Source: Solirubrobacterales bacterium
GTDB taxonomy: Bacteria; Actinomycetota; Thermoleophilia; Solirubrobacterales; JBBDJG01
Direction of reading: 5' to 3'
Length of the DNA: 64,000 nt
Assembly: GCA_038330145.1 (NCBI GenBank)
Contig: JBBQNR010000002.1
Coordinates: 16,542 to 80,541 of the forward strand
In this document: positions 10,716-21,251 of the stretch, one piece after another
How the letters are laid out: each line of letters opens with the position of its first letter
Numbering within the stretch: position 1 is the stretch's first letter
Notes under the pieces: generated by a model
What the model was told of the DNA's origin: nothing
The model's input: only the letters and a program-made list of their open reading frames with translations
The model's database searches: none
Position numbers and translations under genes: made by a program

Positions 10716-11747
10716 ATGTTGACCGAACGCCAGCAGCTCCTGCTCAGCAAGGTGATCGAGGGCCACGTCGAGCTCGGCCGCCCGGTCGGCTCACGCTGGC
10801 TCTCGGAGCAGCCCGAGATCGGCTGGAGCTCCTCCACGATTCGCTACGAGCTCTCGGCGCTGGAGGAGGGTGGATTCCTCAATCATCCGCACACGTCGGC
10901 GGGTCGTGTCCCGACCGATTCCGGCTACCGCTATTACGTCGACCGGCTGCTGCGCGAGGGGTCGCAGGGCCTTGCGCCGCGCCGGACCGAGTTCTCGCTC
11001 GAGCTCACCAGCATGCGCCGAGAGGTCGACGACGCCATGCGCGCGACCACGGAGACCCTCTCGCGGGTGACCGACCTCGTGGCCGCCGTCTCCGCTCCTC
11101 CACTCCACACGGCGACGATCAAGCACGTGGAGGTGCTGCTGCTTCAGCCGCGTGTCGCCCTTGCCGTCGTCATCAGCTCCAGCGGAGCCGTCACCAAGCG
11201 GGCGTTCACGTTCGACGACCCGGTGGACGCCGGCCTTGCCGACTGGGCGGCCAGCTACCTCAACGAGCGCCTGACCGGGATGGAGCTGGGGGCGCTGATG
11301 CTGCGCTCCAGGCTCGAGGACCCGGAGCTCTCGCAGCAGGAGCGAAGCTTCCTCGAGGCGCTCTCGCCTGTCTTCTCCGATCTTGCGGAGACCAGCGAGC
11401 AGACGCTCTACATAGACGGCGCCGCGCGCCTGCTTGCCGGCGACCGCTTCGGCGACCTGTCGGCCGTCAACGACCTGATGCGAATGCTGGAGCGGCGCGT
11501 GACGATGCTGGCTGTTCTTCGGTCCGCGCTCGGTGCGTCGACCCTGTACCTGCGGATCGGGGGCGAGAACGAGGAACCCGAGCTACGCGCGGCGAGCGTG
11601 GTGGCCGCCAACTACGGCCTCGGGCACCGCACGCTCGGCACCGTGAGCGTGATCGGCCCCGTGCGAATGAACTATCCGCAGGCGATCCAGTCGGTGCGCT
11701 CGGCCGCCCGGGCTCTGAGCACGTTTGTAGAAGAGGTATATGAGTAA
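10716..11747 (+). CDS. hrcA: Heat-inducible transcription repressor HrcA
   Basis: The N-terminus is [28 protein letters not shown]. The gene is followed by, and overlaps, dnaJ. Confidence 0.85.
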   Translation: MLTERQQLLLSKVIEGHVELGRPVGSRWLSEQPEIGWSSSTIRYELSALEEGGFLNHPHTSAGRVPTDSGYRYYVDRLLREGSQGLAPRRTEFSLELTSMRREVDDAMRATTETLSRVTDLVAAVSAPPLHTATIKHVEVLLLQPRVALAVVISSSGAVTKRAFTFDDPVDAGLADWAASYLNERLTGMELGALMLRSRLEDPELSQQERSFLEALSPVFSDLAETSEQTLYIDGAARLLAGDRFGDLSAVNDLMRMLERRVTMLAVLRSALGASTLYLRIGGENEEPELRAASVVAANYGLGHRTLGTVSVIGPVRMNYPQAIQSVRSAARALSTFVEEVYE

Positions 11748-12876
11748 GGACTACTACGAGGTGCTCGGCGTCCAGCGCGGCGCGAGCGAGGCGGAGATCA
11801 AGAAGGCGTTCCGCGGCCTTGCGCGAGAGCTTCACCCGGACGTCAACAAGCACGACGCCGATGCGGAGGAGCGCTTCAAGGAGGCGGCCGCCGCATACGA
11901 GGTGCTGAGCGACGGTGAGAAGCGCGCCGTCTACGACCGCTTCGGCCACGAGGGGCTGCGCTCCGGCGGCTTCGAGCCCAACGTCGGGGACTTCTCGGGC
12001 CTGGGCGACATCTTCGAGGCGCTGCTCGGTGGCGGCGACGCCTTCTCGTCCATCTTCGGCGACCGTCGCTCCGCAACCGCGCGCGGCGAGGACATCGCCG
12101 TCGAGGTCGACATCACGCTCGAGGACGTCGCGCATGGCGTCACGCGCGAGGTCGAGGTCGATGCGCTCGCACGCTGCTCGGACTGCAACGGCAACGGCGC
12201 CGAGCCGGGTACGCCGATCGTGAGCTGCTCGCGCTGCCAGGGGACCGGCCAGCTGCAGTTCGTTTCCCGCACCCCGTTCGGTCAGCTCGTTCGCAACCAG
12301 GTCTGCGACCACTGCCACGGCGAGGGCCGCGTCGCGGAGCAGCCCTGCGCCACCTGCGACGGCGCCGGCCGCGCACGGGAGCGGCGCACGGTCCCGATCG
12401 ACGTGCCGGCCGGCATCGGCGATGGGCAGCGCATCCGCATCGGTGGTGCCGGCCATGCGGGGACGCGCGGCGCGCCCAACGGCGACCTCTACGTGCTCGT
12501 CACAGTGCTCCCCGACCCGCGCTTCGAGCGGCGGGGAGACGACCTCATCACCAAGGTCGACGTGCCCTTCACCGATGCGGCGCTGGGAGCGACGGTGCAT
12601 GCGCCGACGCTGGAGGGGGACGAGGAGTTGAAGCTCGAGCAGGGCACGCAGCCGTCGACGGTCATGCGTCTGCGTGGCCGCGGGCTGCCCTCGCTGCGCG
12701 GTCGTGGACGGGGAGACCTGCACGTGATCGTTAGCGTGATGGTGCCGCGCAACCTCAGCGACGAGCAGCGAGAGATGCTGGAGCGCTTTGCCGTCTCTGC
12801 CAACGGTGAGAACTATCCCGAGCCCGAGCAGCGGTCCGGGCTGTTCGACCGCATCCGCCACGCCTTCGGCGGTTGA
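11740..12876 (+). CDS. dnaJ: Chaperone DnaJ
   Basis: It has a J domain (DYYEVLGV...HPD) and four CxxCxGxG zinc-finger repeats. Confidence 0.9.
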   Translation: MSKDYYEVLGVQRGASEAEIKKAFRGLARELHPDVNKHDADAEERFKEAAAAYEVLSDGEKRAVYDRFGHEGLRSGGFEPNVGDFSGLGDIFEALLGGGDAFSSIFGDRRSATARGEDIAVEVDITLEDVAHGVTREVEVDALARCSDCNGNGAEPGTPIVSCSRCQGTGQLQFVSRTPFGQLVRNQVCDHCHGEGRVAEQPCATCDGAGRARERRTVPIDVPAGIGDGQRIRIGGAGHAGTRGAPNGDLYVLVTVLPDPRFERRGDDLITKVDVPFTDAALGATVHAPTLEGDEELKLEQGTQPSTVMRLRGRGLPSLRGRGRGDLHVIVSVMVPRNLSDEQREMLERFAVSANGENYPEPEQRSGLFDRIRHAFGG

Positions 12877-13736
12877 TCCGACTCGCCCTACGCTGCCGCA
12901 GCGGTGAGGCTGAGGCGGTGCTGGCAGAGCTGCTGGAGCTGGCCCCGGGAGGAGTCGAGGAGGTGAACGAGCCGGACGGCCGCGCCGGCGTGGTCGAGTA
13001 CGCGATCTATGGCGCGCCCGGCGAGTTGCCCGAGCTCGGTGAGCTACAGGCCGTCGCGGGAGACGCGCTCGTCGAGGTCCGCAGCGAGCCGCTGGCCGAC
13101 AACTGGGAGCAACGTTGGAAGCGCTTTTACCAGCCACTGCTGGTGGCGGGCCGGGTCTACGTCAGGCCTCCGTGGGAGCGGCCGGCCGAGCGCGGCGGCG
13201 TCGCGGAGGTGGTGATCGATCCCGGCCGCGCGTTCGGCACGGGCACTCATGCGACCACCGCCATGTGCCTCGAGCTGCTGGTCGGCGCGGCGCCGCGCGC
13301 CCCGCGGCTATTGCAACGGCTGGTCGGGCGACGGCGCTCGTTCTGCGACCTCGGCTGCGGCTCGGGAGTGCTCTCGATCGCTGCCGCCAGGCTCGGCTTC
13401 GAGCCGGTGCTGGGCGTCGACTTCGAGCGAGCGGCAGTCGAGGAAAGCGACCGCAACGCAAGGCTCAACCACCTCCAGCTCGAGCTTCGCCGGGTCGACC
13501 TGCGCCGGGAGCCGGCGCCGGTGGCCGACCTGTCGGCCGCCAACCTCACCACCGGGCTGCTGAAGGAGGTGGCGCAGCTCTGGGCCGAGGCGGGAACACG
13601 CCCGGGCTCGCTGATCGCCTCCGGGTTCCTCGCGCACGAGGCCGGGCAGGTGACGGAGGCGATGGGCGCCGCCGGGCTGCGCCCGCGAGGCTCTCTGGAG
13701 CGTGGCGAGTGGGGCGCGATGCTGCTCGTCGCGTAG
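12873..13736 (+). CDS. prmA: Ribosomal protein L11 methyltransferase
   Basis: It occupies the conserved position after dnaJ and has the SAM motif [13 protein letters not shown]. The TTG start overlaps the dnaJ TGA. Confidence 0.7.
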   Translation: MIRLALRCRSGEAEAVLAELLELAPGGVEEVNEPDGRAGVVEYAIYGAPGELPELGELQAVAGDALVEVRSEPLADNWEQRWKRFYQPLLVAGRVYVRPPWERPAERGGVAEVVIDPGRAFGTGTHATTAMCLELLVGAAPRAPRLLQRLVGRRRSFCDLGCGSGVLSIAAARLGFEPVLGVDFERAAVEESDRNARLNHLQLELRRVDLRREPAPVADLSAANLTTGLLKEVAQLWAEAGTRPGSLIASGFLAHEAGQVTEAMGAAGLRPRGSLERGEWGAMLLVA

Positions 13737-13744
13737 CTCCCAGC

Positions 13745-13750
13745 TAGTCT
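13745..13750 (+). promoter_or_regulatory. -10 box of the leaderless GatB/YqeY gene
   Basis: TAGTCT is followed by 7 nt and then GTG 13758. Confidence 0.4.
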
Positions 13751-13757
13751 TGATCGG

Positions 13758-14204
13758 GTGACGATCACGGAGCAGGTCCAATCGGACATGGCGGAGGCGG
13801 CAAAGGCGCGTGACCAGCGTCGCCTGCAGACGCTGCGGCTCGTGCTCGACTCGCTCAGGAAAGCCGCCAAGGAGGAGCGCGACGAGCTCGACGAGCAGGC
13901 CGAGATCGCGGTGCTGAAGCGGGAGCGAAAGCGCCGCGTGGAGGCTGCGGAGGCGTTCCGTGGCGCCGGGCGAGAGGAGTCGGCCGACGCCGAGCAGGCC
14001 GAGGCGGCGTTGATCGACGTCTATCTGCCGGAGCAGATCTCCGACGGCGACCTGGCTGCGATCGTCAGCGACGCCGTCGCGGAGACCGGCGCCCAGTCGC
14101 CGGCCGAGATCGGCAAGGTGATGTCGGCGGTGATGCCGAAGGTAGGAGGGCGGGCCGACGGCAAGCGCGTCAGCGAACTGGTCCGCCAGAAGCTCGGAGC
14201 GTGA
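13758..14204 (+). CDS. GatB/YqeY domain protein
   Basis: The 148-aa ORF has a YqeY-like pattern (RLVLDSLRKAAKEE...GKVMSAVMPKVGGRADGKRVSELV). Confidence 0.75.
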   Translation: MTITEQVQSDMAEAAKARDQRRLQTLRLVLDSLRKAAKEERDELDEQAEIAVLKRERKRRVEAAEAFRGAGREESADAEQAEAALIDVYLPEQISDGDLAAIVSDAVAETGAQSPAEIGKVMSAVMPKVGGRADGKRVSELVRQKLGA

Positions 14205-14226
14205 TGGGGAGCCTGCGGGCATAGCC

Positions 14227-15204
14227 GTGCGCGAGCAGCTGACGCTCGATCCGGCGGTGGCGGCCGAGCTGGCCGGGTCCGAGGACGTGGTGTTGAAGGC
14301 GCTGGAAGGTCACCTCGGCTGCGACGTCTTCCTGCGCGGCAACGTGCTGACGCTGGACGGCGACGAGCGCGAGGTGGGAGTCGGACGTGAGGTGATACGC
14401 GAGCTGTCCGAGCTGATCGCCCGCGGGCACGAGATCGCTCCCGGCACGATCGAGGCGGTCACGTCGGCCCTCGACCAGCACGAGAGTCCGTCCACGATCC
14501 TCGGCGACGTCGTCTGGACGCACCGCGGCAACCGCGTTGCGCCCAAGACCGTGAACCAGAAGCGCTACGTCGACTCGATCCGCAACAACACGATCACCTT
14601 CGGGATCGGGCCCGCGGGCACGGGCAAGACCTACCTCGCCATGGCGATGGCGACGGCGGAGCTGTCGCGCCGCCAGGTCAACCGCATCATCCTGACGCGC
14701 CCGGCCGTCGAGGCCGGCGAGCGCCTCGGCTTTCTTCCCGGAACGATGATGGAGAAGGTCGACCCCTACCTGCGCCCGCTGTTCGACGCGCTCTACGACA
14801 TGATGGAGGCCGAGCGTGTCAACGCGCACATCGAGCGCGGCGTGATCGAGGTGGCGCCGCTGGCGTTCATGCGCGGTCGCACGCTGAACGACGCATTCAT
14901 CATCCTCGACGAGGCGCAGAACACGACACCGGAGCAGATGAAGATGTTCCTGACACGGCTCGGCTTCAACTCGACGATGGTCGTCACGGGCGACATCACT
15001 CAGATCGACCTCGAGTCGAACCAGCGCTCCGGCCTGGTGGTCGTGCGCGACATCCTCGGCGACGTCGGCGACATCGACTTCATCACCTTCGGCGGCGAGG
15101 ACGTCGTGCGGCACAAGCTGGTGCAGCAGATAGTCGAGGCCTATTCGGAGCAGGGGCAGAGCCAGGCGCCCGATCTGCGCTCGGCCCGCTCTCGCAAGAG
15201 TTAG
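14227..15204 (+). CDS. phoH: PhoH-like ATPase (YbeZ)
   Basis: It has the Walker A motif GPAGTGKTYLAMA and PhoH family blocks. It is followed by ybeY. Confidence 0.85.
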   Translation: MREQLTLDPAVAAELAGSEDVVLKALEGHLGCDVFLRGNVLTLDGDEREVGVGREVIRELSELIARGHEIAPGTIEAVTSALDQHESPSTILGDVVWTHRGNRVAPKTVNQKRYVDSIRNNTITFGIGPAGTGKTYLAMAMATAELSRRQVNRIILTRPAVEAGERLGFLPGTMMEKVDPYLRPLFDALYDMMEAERVNAHIERGVIEVAPLAFMRGRTLNDAFIILDEAQNTTPEQMKMFLTRLGFNSTMVVTGDITQIDLESNQRSGLVVVRDILGDVGDIDFITFGGEDVVRHKLVQQIVEAYSEQGQSQAPDLRSARSRKS

Positions 15205-15250
15205 TGCCCCATCTGGTAATCCAGGCCCGCTTTTGGCCTAGTCCAGGCCG

Positions 15251-15619
15251 TTGAACCGGCACGAGATCGAGTGCCCGCCGCAACTGCTGCCGGCGGCGGA
15301 GGCGGCGCTGCGCGCCTCCGGCATCGCGGACGGCCACGTCAGCGTCGTGCTGGTGGACGAGCAGCGGATCAGGGAGCTGAACCGCGCGCACAGGGGGCTC
15401 GACGAGCCGACCGACGTGCTGTCGTTCCCGGTCGACGAGCGAGCGCCGACGCCGGGCCCGCGCGAGCTGGGCGACGTCGTGATCTGCCCGCAGCAGACGG
15501 AGGACCTCGAAGAGGCCGTCGTGCACGGCATCCTTCACCTTGCCGGGCACGACCACGAGACCGACGGGGGAGAGATGCTGGCGCTTCAGGAAAGCGCGCT
15601 GGCGGAGCTGCGGCGATGA
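15251..15619 (+). CDS. ybeY: rRNA maturation endoribonuclease YbeY
   Basis: The metal-binding motif HGILHLAGHDHE is present. The start is TTG. Confidence 0.85.
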   Translation: MNRHEIECPPQLLPAAEAALRASGIADGHVSVVLVDEQRIRELNRAHRGLDEPTDVLSFPVDERAPTPGPRELGDVVICPQQTEDLEEAVVHGILHLAGHDHETDGGEMLALQESALAELRR

Positions 15620-16521
15620 CCCGCTCGGGCTTCGTCGCGGTCGCCGGTCGCCCCAATGCCGGCAAGTCGACACTCGTCAACTCGATCGTGGGTCAGAAGG
15701 TGGCCGTCATCTCGGACAAGCCGCAGACGACCCGCCGCGCCATTCGCGGCGTCGTCAACGGCGAGCACGAGGGCGAGCGCTGGCAGCTCGTGCTCGTCGA
15801 TCTTCCCGGAGTGCAGCGCCCGCGTGACGCGCTCACCGAGCGCATGCAGCGTCGCGTCGAGCGCGAGCTGAGTGACTGTGACGCGGCGCTGTTCGTGCTC
15901 AATGGCGCGGAGCGGATCGGCGGCGGCGACCGCTTTATCGCCTCGGCGCTGGGCAGATCGCCAGTGCCCGTCGTGGCGGCCGTCAACAAGATCGACCTGC
16001 TCGACACCGCTGCCACGGCGCACGCGTTGTCCGGTACAGCCGACCTTGAGCGGGAGGGAGTCGACCTGCGTGAGATCTTCCCGGTATCGGCCAAGACCGG
16101 CCGCGGCGTTCCCGACCTGGTGCGCTCGCTCGTCTCGACGTTGCCGCAGGGGCCGCTGCTCTATCCCGACGACGTGCGCTCCGACCAGCCGCTCGAGACC
16201 GCGCTGGCAGAGCTGGTTCGCGAGCAGGCGCTGGCCCGCACACGCGAGGAGGTGCCGCACTCGATCGAGGTCCAGGTGCAGGAGATCGAGGCGGGCGACG
16301 ATCTGACCCGCGTCAGGGCGGTGATCTGGGTCGAGACCGAGTCGCAGAAGGGAATCCTGGTCGGAAAGAACGGCATCATGGTGCGCGAGATCGGGACCGG
16401 AGCGCGCAAGGAGATGGAGCGAATGCTGGGCCGGCGCGTGTTCCTGGACCTGACCGTTCGAGTGCGTCGCGGCTGGCGCCGGGACGAGGGGTTGCTCGAC
16501 CGGCTCGGCATCGAGGGGTAG
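15616..16521 (+). CDS. era: GTPase Era
   Basis: G motifs GRPNAGKSTLVN, DLPG and NKIDL are present, with a KH-like C-terminus. ATG 15616 overlaps the ybeY stop (ATGA). Confidence 0.9.
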   Translation: MTRSGFVAVAGRPNAGKSTLVNSIVGQKVAVISDKPQTTRRAIRGVVNGEHEGERWQLVLVDLPGVQRPRDALTERMQRRVERELSDCDAALFVLNGAERIGGGDRFIASALGRSPVPVVAAVNKIDLLDTAATAHALSGTADLEREGVDLREIFPVSAKTGRGVPDLVRSLVSTLPQGPLLYPDDVRSDQPLETALAELVREQALARTREEVPHSIEVQVQEIEAGDDLTRVRAVIWVETESQKGILVGKNGIMVREIGTGARKEMERMLGRRVFLDLTVRVRRGWRRDEGLLDRLGIEG

Positions 16522-16585
16522 CGCCTGCAGGCGATCTCCCGCCGGCCGGGCGGACCAGCCCCCGGGAGGGCCACGGTCACCCCCG

Positions 16586-16591
16586 TAGAAT
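16586..16591 (+). promoter_or_regulatory. -10 box of leaderless hisIE-trpEGDC
   Basis: TAGAAT is followed by 8 nt and then ATG 16600. Confidence 0.45.
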
Positions 16592-16599
16592 TCGCTGCA

Positions 16600-17244
16600 A
16601 TGGAAGTCGATTCGGTGATCGATGGGGCGGGGATCGCGTTCGGTGACGACGGCCTGATCCCATGCGTGGTGCAGGACTGGTCGACCGGCGAGGTGCTGAC
16701 GGTCGCCTACATGAACCGCGAGGCGCTCGGGCGCACGCTCGAGAGCGGTGAGACCAACTTCTGGAGCCGCTCGCGGCAGGAGCTTTGGCACAAGGGCGAG
16801 ACCTCCGGCAACGTGCAGCGGGTCCGGTCGCTGCGCTACGACTGCGACGCCGACGCCCTGCTGGCCCTGGTCGACCCGGCCGGCCCGGCCTGCCACACCG
16901 GAGAGAGGACCTGCTTCCACCGCTCGATCGGCGAGGCCCGCGTTGCCGTGCACGAGGCGCTCCCCACGCTTGGCCGAACGCTGGCCGAGCGCCACCGCGA
17001 GCTGCCCGACGGCAGCTACACCGCCGAGTTGCTGCTCTCGGGGCCGGCGGCGATCGGCGACAAGGTGACGGAGGAGGCGGAGGAGGTCGTGCGTGCCGCT
17101 CTCACCGAGACCGACCAGCGCGTGAAGGAGGAGGCGGCCGACGTGCTGTACCACCTCGGCGTGCTGCTGGAGGCGAGAGGCCTGTCGTTCGCGAGCGCGC
17201 TCGACGAGCTGACCGAGCGAATGCAATCCTCGCCGAGTCGCTGA
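16600..17244 (+). CDS. hisI: Bifunctional phosphoribosyl-AMP cyclohydrolase / phosphoribosyl-ATP pyrophosphatase
   Basis: A HisI block ([13 protein letters not shown]...CHTGERTCF) is followed by a HisE block (SYTAELL...EEAEEV). Confidence 0.85.
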   Translation: MEVDSVIDGAGIAFGDDGLIPCVVQDWSTGEVLTVAYMNREALGRTLESGETNFWSRSRQELWHKGETSGNVQRVRSLRYDCDADALLALVDPAGPACHTGERTCFHRSIGEARVAVHEALPTLGRTLAERHRELPDGSYTAELLLSGPAAIGDKVTEEAEEVVRAALTETDQRVKEEAADVLYHLGVLLEARGLSFASALDELTERMQSSPSR

Positions 17245-18770
17245 TGGCGCTTGCAACCAGATCACGGCTGCCGCTGCGCCCGAGTCTCGAGCAGGCACGC
17301 GAGCTGGCGCGCGACCACAACGTGATCCCGCTTCGCCACACTTTCATCGACGACTGCGAGACGCCGGTATCGGCGTTCCTGAAGCTGAGAGGACGCGGGC
17401 CGGCGTTCCTGCTCGAGTCCGCCGAGCAGGGACAGCGCTTCGGCCGCTTCTCGTTCCTGGGCTTTCGCCCACGCGCGATCCTGCGCTACGAGCACGGCCG
17501 CACAACGCTCCAGGAACAGGGCGAGTCACGCGAGCTGAGCGCGGCCGACCCGTTCGCCGCCGTGGCGGACTACCTCTCCACATATCGCGTGGCGCCGGTG
17601 GATGACCTGCCGCCGTTCGCGGGTGGGGCGGTCGGCATCTTCGGATACGACCTCGTGCGCACTGTCGAGCGCCTGCCGGAGCCCAACCCCGACGACATCG
17701 GCGCTCCGGACATGGCGCTGATGGTCTCCGACGCGTTGATCGTGTTCGACCACCTTCGCCATCAGGTCACGATCATGGTGAACGCGTTCGTCGGCTCGGA
17801 CAACGACGTCGACTCCGCCTACGAGCGGGCGGCTGAGCTGATCGAGCGCGCGCGCAGCCTGCTCGCTGAGCCGGTGCCGCGCTTCGACCCAGCCGACGCC
17901 GCGACCGCCGAGCGGGGCTTCGACCGCGACACTTTCAGCGCCAACATGACGCGAGCGCAATTCGAGCAGTCGGTCGAGCGCTCGCGTGACTACATCCACC
18001 AGGGCGACGCCTTCCAGATCGTTCCATCCCAGCGCTGGTCTGGTACCTGCCCTGTCGAGCCCTTCTCGGTCTATCGCGGCCTGCGCAACGTCAACCCGTC
18101 GCCGTACATGTACTTCCTCGAGTTCGACGACTTCGCGATCGCCGGCGCGTCGCCGGAGCCGTTGGTGAAGGTGAGCGGAAGCCGCGTGGAGAGCCGGCCG
18201 ATCGCCGGCACGCGCCCGCGCGCAGCGACGCCGGAGGAGGACATCGAGCGTGCCCAGGAGTTGCTGGAGGACGAGAAGGAGCGCGCCGAGCACGTGATGC
18301 TGGTGGATCTCGGCCGCAACGACCTCGGTTCCGTCTGCGAGTACGGAAGCGTGAAGGTCGAGGAGCTGATGGGGATCGAGACCTACTCCCACGTCATGCA
18401 CATCGTCTCCTCGGTGACGGGCACGCTGCGGCCCGAGTTCGACGCCATGGACGCGCTGCGCGCCTGCCTGCCCGCCGGCACCCTGTCGGGCGCGCCCAAG
18501 ATCCGGGCGATGGAGATCATCGACGAGCTGGAACCGACCAAGCGTGGGTTCTACGGCGGCGCGGTCGGATACCTGAGCTACTCGGGCGACCTCGACACCT
18601 GCATCCACATCCGCACCGTCGTGTTCAGGGACGGCGTCGCGCACGTGCAGGCCGGCGCCGGCATCGTGGCCGACTCGGACCCCGCATACGAGTACCGGGA
18701 GACGATCTCGAAGGCGGCAGCCGTCTTCGACGCCATCGAGCTCGCCGTCGAGCAGCGGGATTGGCCTTAG
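17244..18770 (+). CDS. trpE: Anthranilate synthase component I
   Basis: The chorismate-binding C-terminus is present (SGAPKIRAMEIIDELEPTKRGFYGGAVGY). The ATG shares one nt with the hisIE stop. Confidence 0.9.
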   Translation: MALATRSRLPLRPSLEQARELARDHNVIPLRHTFIDDCETPVSAFLKLRGRGPAFLLESAEQGQRFGRFSFLGFRPRAILRYEHGRTTLQEQGESRELSAADPFAAVADYLSTYRVAPVDDLPPFAGGAVGIFGYDLVRTVERLPEPNPDDIGAPDMALMVSDALIVFDHLRHQVTIMVNAFVGSDNDVDSAYERAAELIERARSLLAEPVPRFDPADAATAERGFDRDTFSANMTRAQFEQSVERSRDYIHQGDAFQIVPSQRWSGTCPVEPFSVYRGLRNVNPSPYMYFLEFDDFAIAGASPEPLVKVSGSRVESRPIAGTRPRAATPEEDIERAQELLEDEKERAEHVMLVDLGRNDLGSVCEYGSVKVEELMGIETYSHVMHIVSSVTGTLRPEFDAMDALRACLPAGTLSGAPKIRAMEIIDELEPTKRGFYGGAVGYLSYSGDLDTCIHIRTVVFRDGVAHVQAGAGIVADSDPAYEYRETISKAAAVFDAIELAVEQRDWP

Positions 18771-18785
18771 GGTGGTGCGCTAGGC

Positions 18786-19349
18786 ATGAAGGTGCTGGTG
18801 CTCGACAACTACGACAGCTTCACCTACAACCTGGTCCAGTACCTGGGTGAGCTGGGCGCGGACCCCGAGGTGGTGCGCAATGACGCCGCGGCGGTCGACG
18901 AGCTGCTCGAGCGAGCCCCGGACCGGCTCGTGATCTCACCCGGGCCATGCCGGCCGGCCGACGCGGGTGTGTCCGTCGAGGCTGCGCGACGCTTCGCCGA
19001 GGCGAACATCCCGGTGCTGGGCGTTTGCCTGGGGCATCAGGCGCTGGCCGAGGCGTTCGGCGGCACTGTCGTGATCGGCGACCCGGTGCACGGAAAGGTG
19101 GCGGAGGTTCGGCACGACGGCAAGTCGATCTTCCGGGGCGTGCAGAACCCTCTCGTGGCCGGGCGCTATCACTCGCTGATCGTGGACCCGGACGTCCCCG
19201 ACGAGCTCGAGGTGTCGGCCCAGTCAGGGGATGTGGTGATGGGGATCCGCCACCGCGAGCTGCCGGCGGAAGGAGTGCAGTTCCATCCCGAGTCGGTGCT
19301 GACCGAGACCGGCAAGCAGATGCTGCGCAACTTCCTCGAGCCACGATGA
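18786..19349 (+). CDS. trpG: Anthranilate synthase component II (glutamine amidotransferase)
   Basis: It is a class-I GATase (GVCLGHQ, FHPES). Confidence 0.9.
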   Translation: MKVLVLDNYDSFTYNLVQYLGELGADPEVVRNDAAAVDELLERAPDRLVISPGPCRPADAGVSVEAARRFAEANIPVLGVCLGHQALAEAFGGTVVIGDPVHGKVAEVRHDGKSIFRGVQNPLVAGRYHSLIVDPDVPDELEVSAQSGDVVMGIRHRELPAEGVQFHPESVLTETGKQMLRNFLEPR

Positions 19350-20383
19350 CCAACCCCGCGGTCGCGGAGGCCATAGACCTGGTCGCCTCCGGCACCGACC
19401 TCAGTGCCGAGCAGGCGCAGACGGTTCTGAGGGAGATCATGAATGACGCCGTCGGGGAGGCTCAGACCGCCGCCTTCCTGATCGGGCTGCGGACCAAGGG
19501 CGAGACGGTGGACGAGCTGACCGGCCTGGCGCGAACGATGCGTGAGCTCTCGCTCAAGGTGGTCGTCCCGGGCGACGACCTGCTGGACACGGCCGGCACC
19601 GGCGGAGGAACGCCGACCTTCAACGTCTCGACGACGGCGGCCTTCGTCGCGGCCGGCGCGGGCTGCCGCGTCGCCAAGCACGGCAACCGCTCCGCCACCA
19701 GCCTCTGCGGCTCGGCCGACCTGCTGGAGGCGCTCGGCGCTCGCATCGACCTCGAACCCGCAGCGGTCGCGGACTGCATAGCCGAGGTCGGATTCGGATT
19801 CATGTTCGCGCCTCGCCATCACGAGGCCACGCGCCACGTCGTGCCGGTGCGCAAGGCGCTCGGGGTGCGCACCATCTTCAACTTCCTCGGGCCGCTCACC
19901 AACCCGGCCGGCGCCACGCGCCAGCTGATCGGCATCTCCGACCCCGCCTATCTGGAGCTGATGGCGGGAGCGCTGGTGCAGCTCGGTTGCCGGCATGCGC
20001 TCGTGGTATCAAGCGAGGATGGGATGGACGAGATCAGCATCACCGCCGAGACGCGCGCGGTGGAGGTTTCCCCGGACGGGCTCAACTACTTCATGATCTC
20101 GCCGGAGCAGGCGGGGCTCGAGCGCGCGGAGCCCGACGCGCTGGTCGGGGGGGACCCCGAATGCAACGCGGACATCACGCGAGCGGTGCTCGACGGAGCG
20201 TCCGGCCCACGGCGCTCGCTGACGGTGCTGAACGCCGGCGCGGCGCTGATGGTGGGCGGCCGGGCATCCAGCCTCGAGGACGGGGTTCGGCTCGCCGAGC
20301 AGACGATCGACTCCGGCGCGGCGCGCGAGGCGATGGAGCGCTTCGTGGCCAGGACGCAGGAGCTCTCGGCGCACAGGGTTTGA
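19346..20383 (+). CDS. trpD: Anthranilate phosphoribosyltransferase
   Basis: The motifs DTAGTGGG and KHGNRS are present. The ATG overlaps the trpG stop. Confidence 0.9.
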   Translation: MTNPAVAEAIDLVASGTDLSAEQAQTVLREIMNDAVGEAQTAAFLIGLRTKGETVDELTGLARTMRELSLKVVVPGDDLLDTAGTGGGTPTFNVSTTAAFVAAGAGCRVAKHGNRSATSLCGSADLLEALGARIDLEPAAVADCIAEVGFGFMFAPRHHEATRHVVPVRKALGVRTIFNFLGPLTNPAGATRQLIGISDPAYLELMAGALVQLGCRHALVVSSEDGMDEISITAETRAVEVSPDGLNYFMISPEQAGLERAEPDALVGGDPECNADITRAVLDGASGPRRSLTVLNAGAALMVGGRASSLEDGVRLAEQTIDSGAAREAMERFVARTQELSAHRV

Positions 20384-21177
20384 GCGCGCTCGAGCCCATA
20401 ACCCGGGCCGTACGAGAGGACCTGGAGCGCCGCAAGCGTGAGGTCCCGCAGGCTCAGCTCGAGCAGGCGATCTCCAGCCACCCCGAGGGCCGGCCGTTCA
20501 GCGAGGCGCTCGCCGCCCCCGGCATATCCCTGATCGCCGAGTACAAGCGACGCTCTCCCTCGGCCGGGGAGCTTCCACTCGCATCCACGCCTGTGGCCGA
20601 TGTCGTGCGTGCCTACGAACGGGGAACCGCCGCGGCGCTCTCGATCCTCACCGACGGGCCCAGCTTCGGCGGCTCACTCGACGACCTGCGTGAGGCGCGC
20701 GCGGCCACGGACCTGCCGATACTTCGCAAGGACTTCACCGTCGACCCATACCAGCTCTACGAGGCCGTGGCCGCCGGCGCCGATGCGGTGCTGCTGGTCG
20801 TGGCGGTGCTGGAACCGGAGGAGCTGCAGCGTCTCTATGCCGAGGCGAGCGAGCTCGACCTCGACTGCCTGGTCGAGGTTCACGACGTCGAGGAGCTGGA
20901 GCGGGCGCTGGAGATCGAGGCCGACGTGATCGGCATCAACAACAGGAACCTGTCGGATTTCTCGGTCGACGTCTCGCGGACGTTCGAGCTGCTCACCGAC
21001 GTACCGGCCGGCAAGACGGTCGTCTCCGAGAGCGGCATCGGATCCCGCGCCCAGGTCGAGGAGCTGGAGCGGATCGGCGTCGATGCGGTGCTGGTCGGGG
21101 AGCTGCTGATGAGGTCCAGCGACCCGGAGCAGGCCTGCCGCGAGCTGACGCGCGGCGAGGAGCCCACCCAGGTCTAG
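20380..21177 (+). CDS. trpC: Indole-3-glycerol phosphate synthase
   Basis: IAEYKRRSPS and LPILRKDF blocks are present. The inferred TTG start at 20380 overlaps the trpD TGA. Confidence 0.85.
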   Translation: MSALEPITRAVREDLERRKREVPQAQLEQAISSHPEGRPFSEALAAPGISLIAEYKRRSPSAGELPLASTPVADVVRAYERGTAAALSILTDGPSFGGSLDDLREARAATDLPILRKDFTVDPYQLYEAVAAGADAVLLVVAVLEPEELQRLYAEASELDLDCLVEVHDVEELERALEIEADVIGINNRNLSDFSVDVSRTFELLTDVPAGKTVVSESGIGSRAQVEELERIGVDAVLVGELLMRSSDPEQACRELTRGEEPTQV

Positions 21178-21251
21178 CGCCCTGCAGCTCTTATCAGGCC
21201 CTTGCGTACTCCTTAGGGTGTTTTCACAAGGGGCGGCTACAAACTAGACGC

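Noticed and set aside
18768-18785. TAGGGT at the trpE stop could be a leaderless -10 box for trpG.
   Set aside because: The 12-nt distance to the ATG is outside the 6-10 nt range seen elsewhere. trpG is more simply read as part of the trpE transcript.
21205-21225. TTCACAA upstream of the htrA-like gene could be a Rex operator half-site.
   Set aside because: The partner half-site at the correct spacing reads CTTAGGG, which is a poor match to TTGTGAA. A single half-site has no significance.
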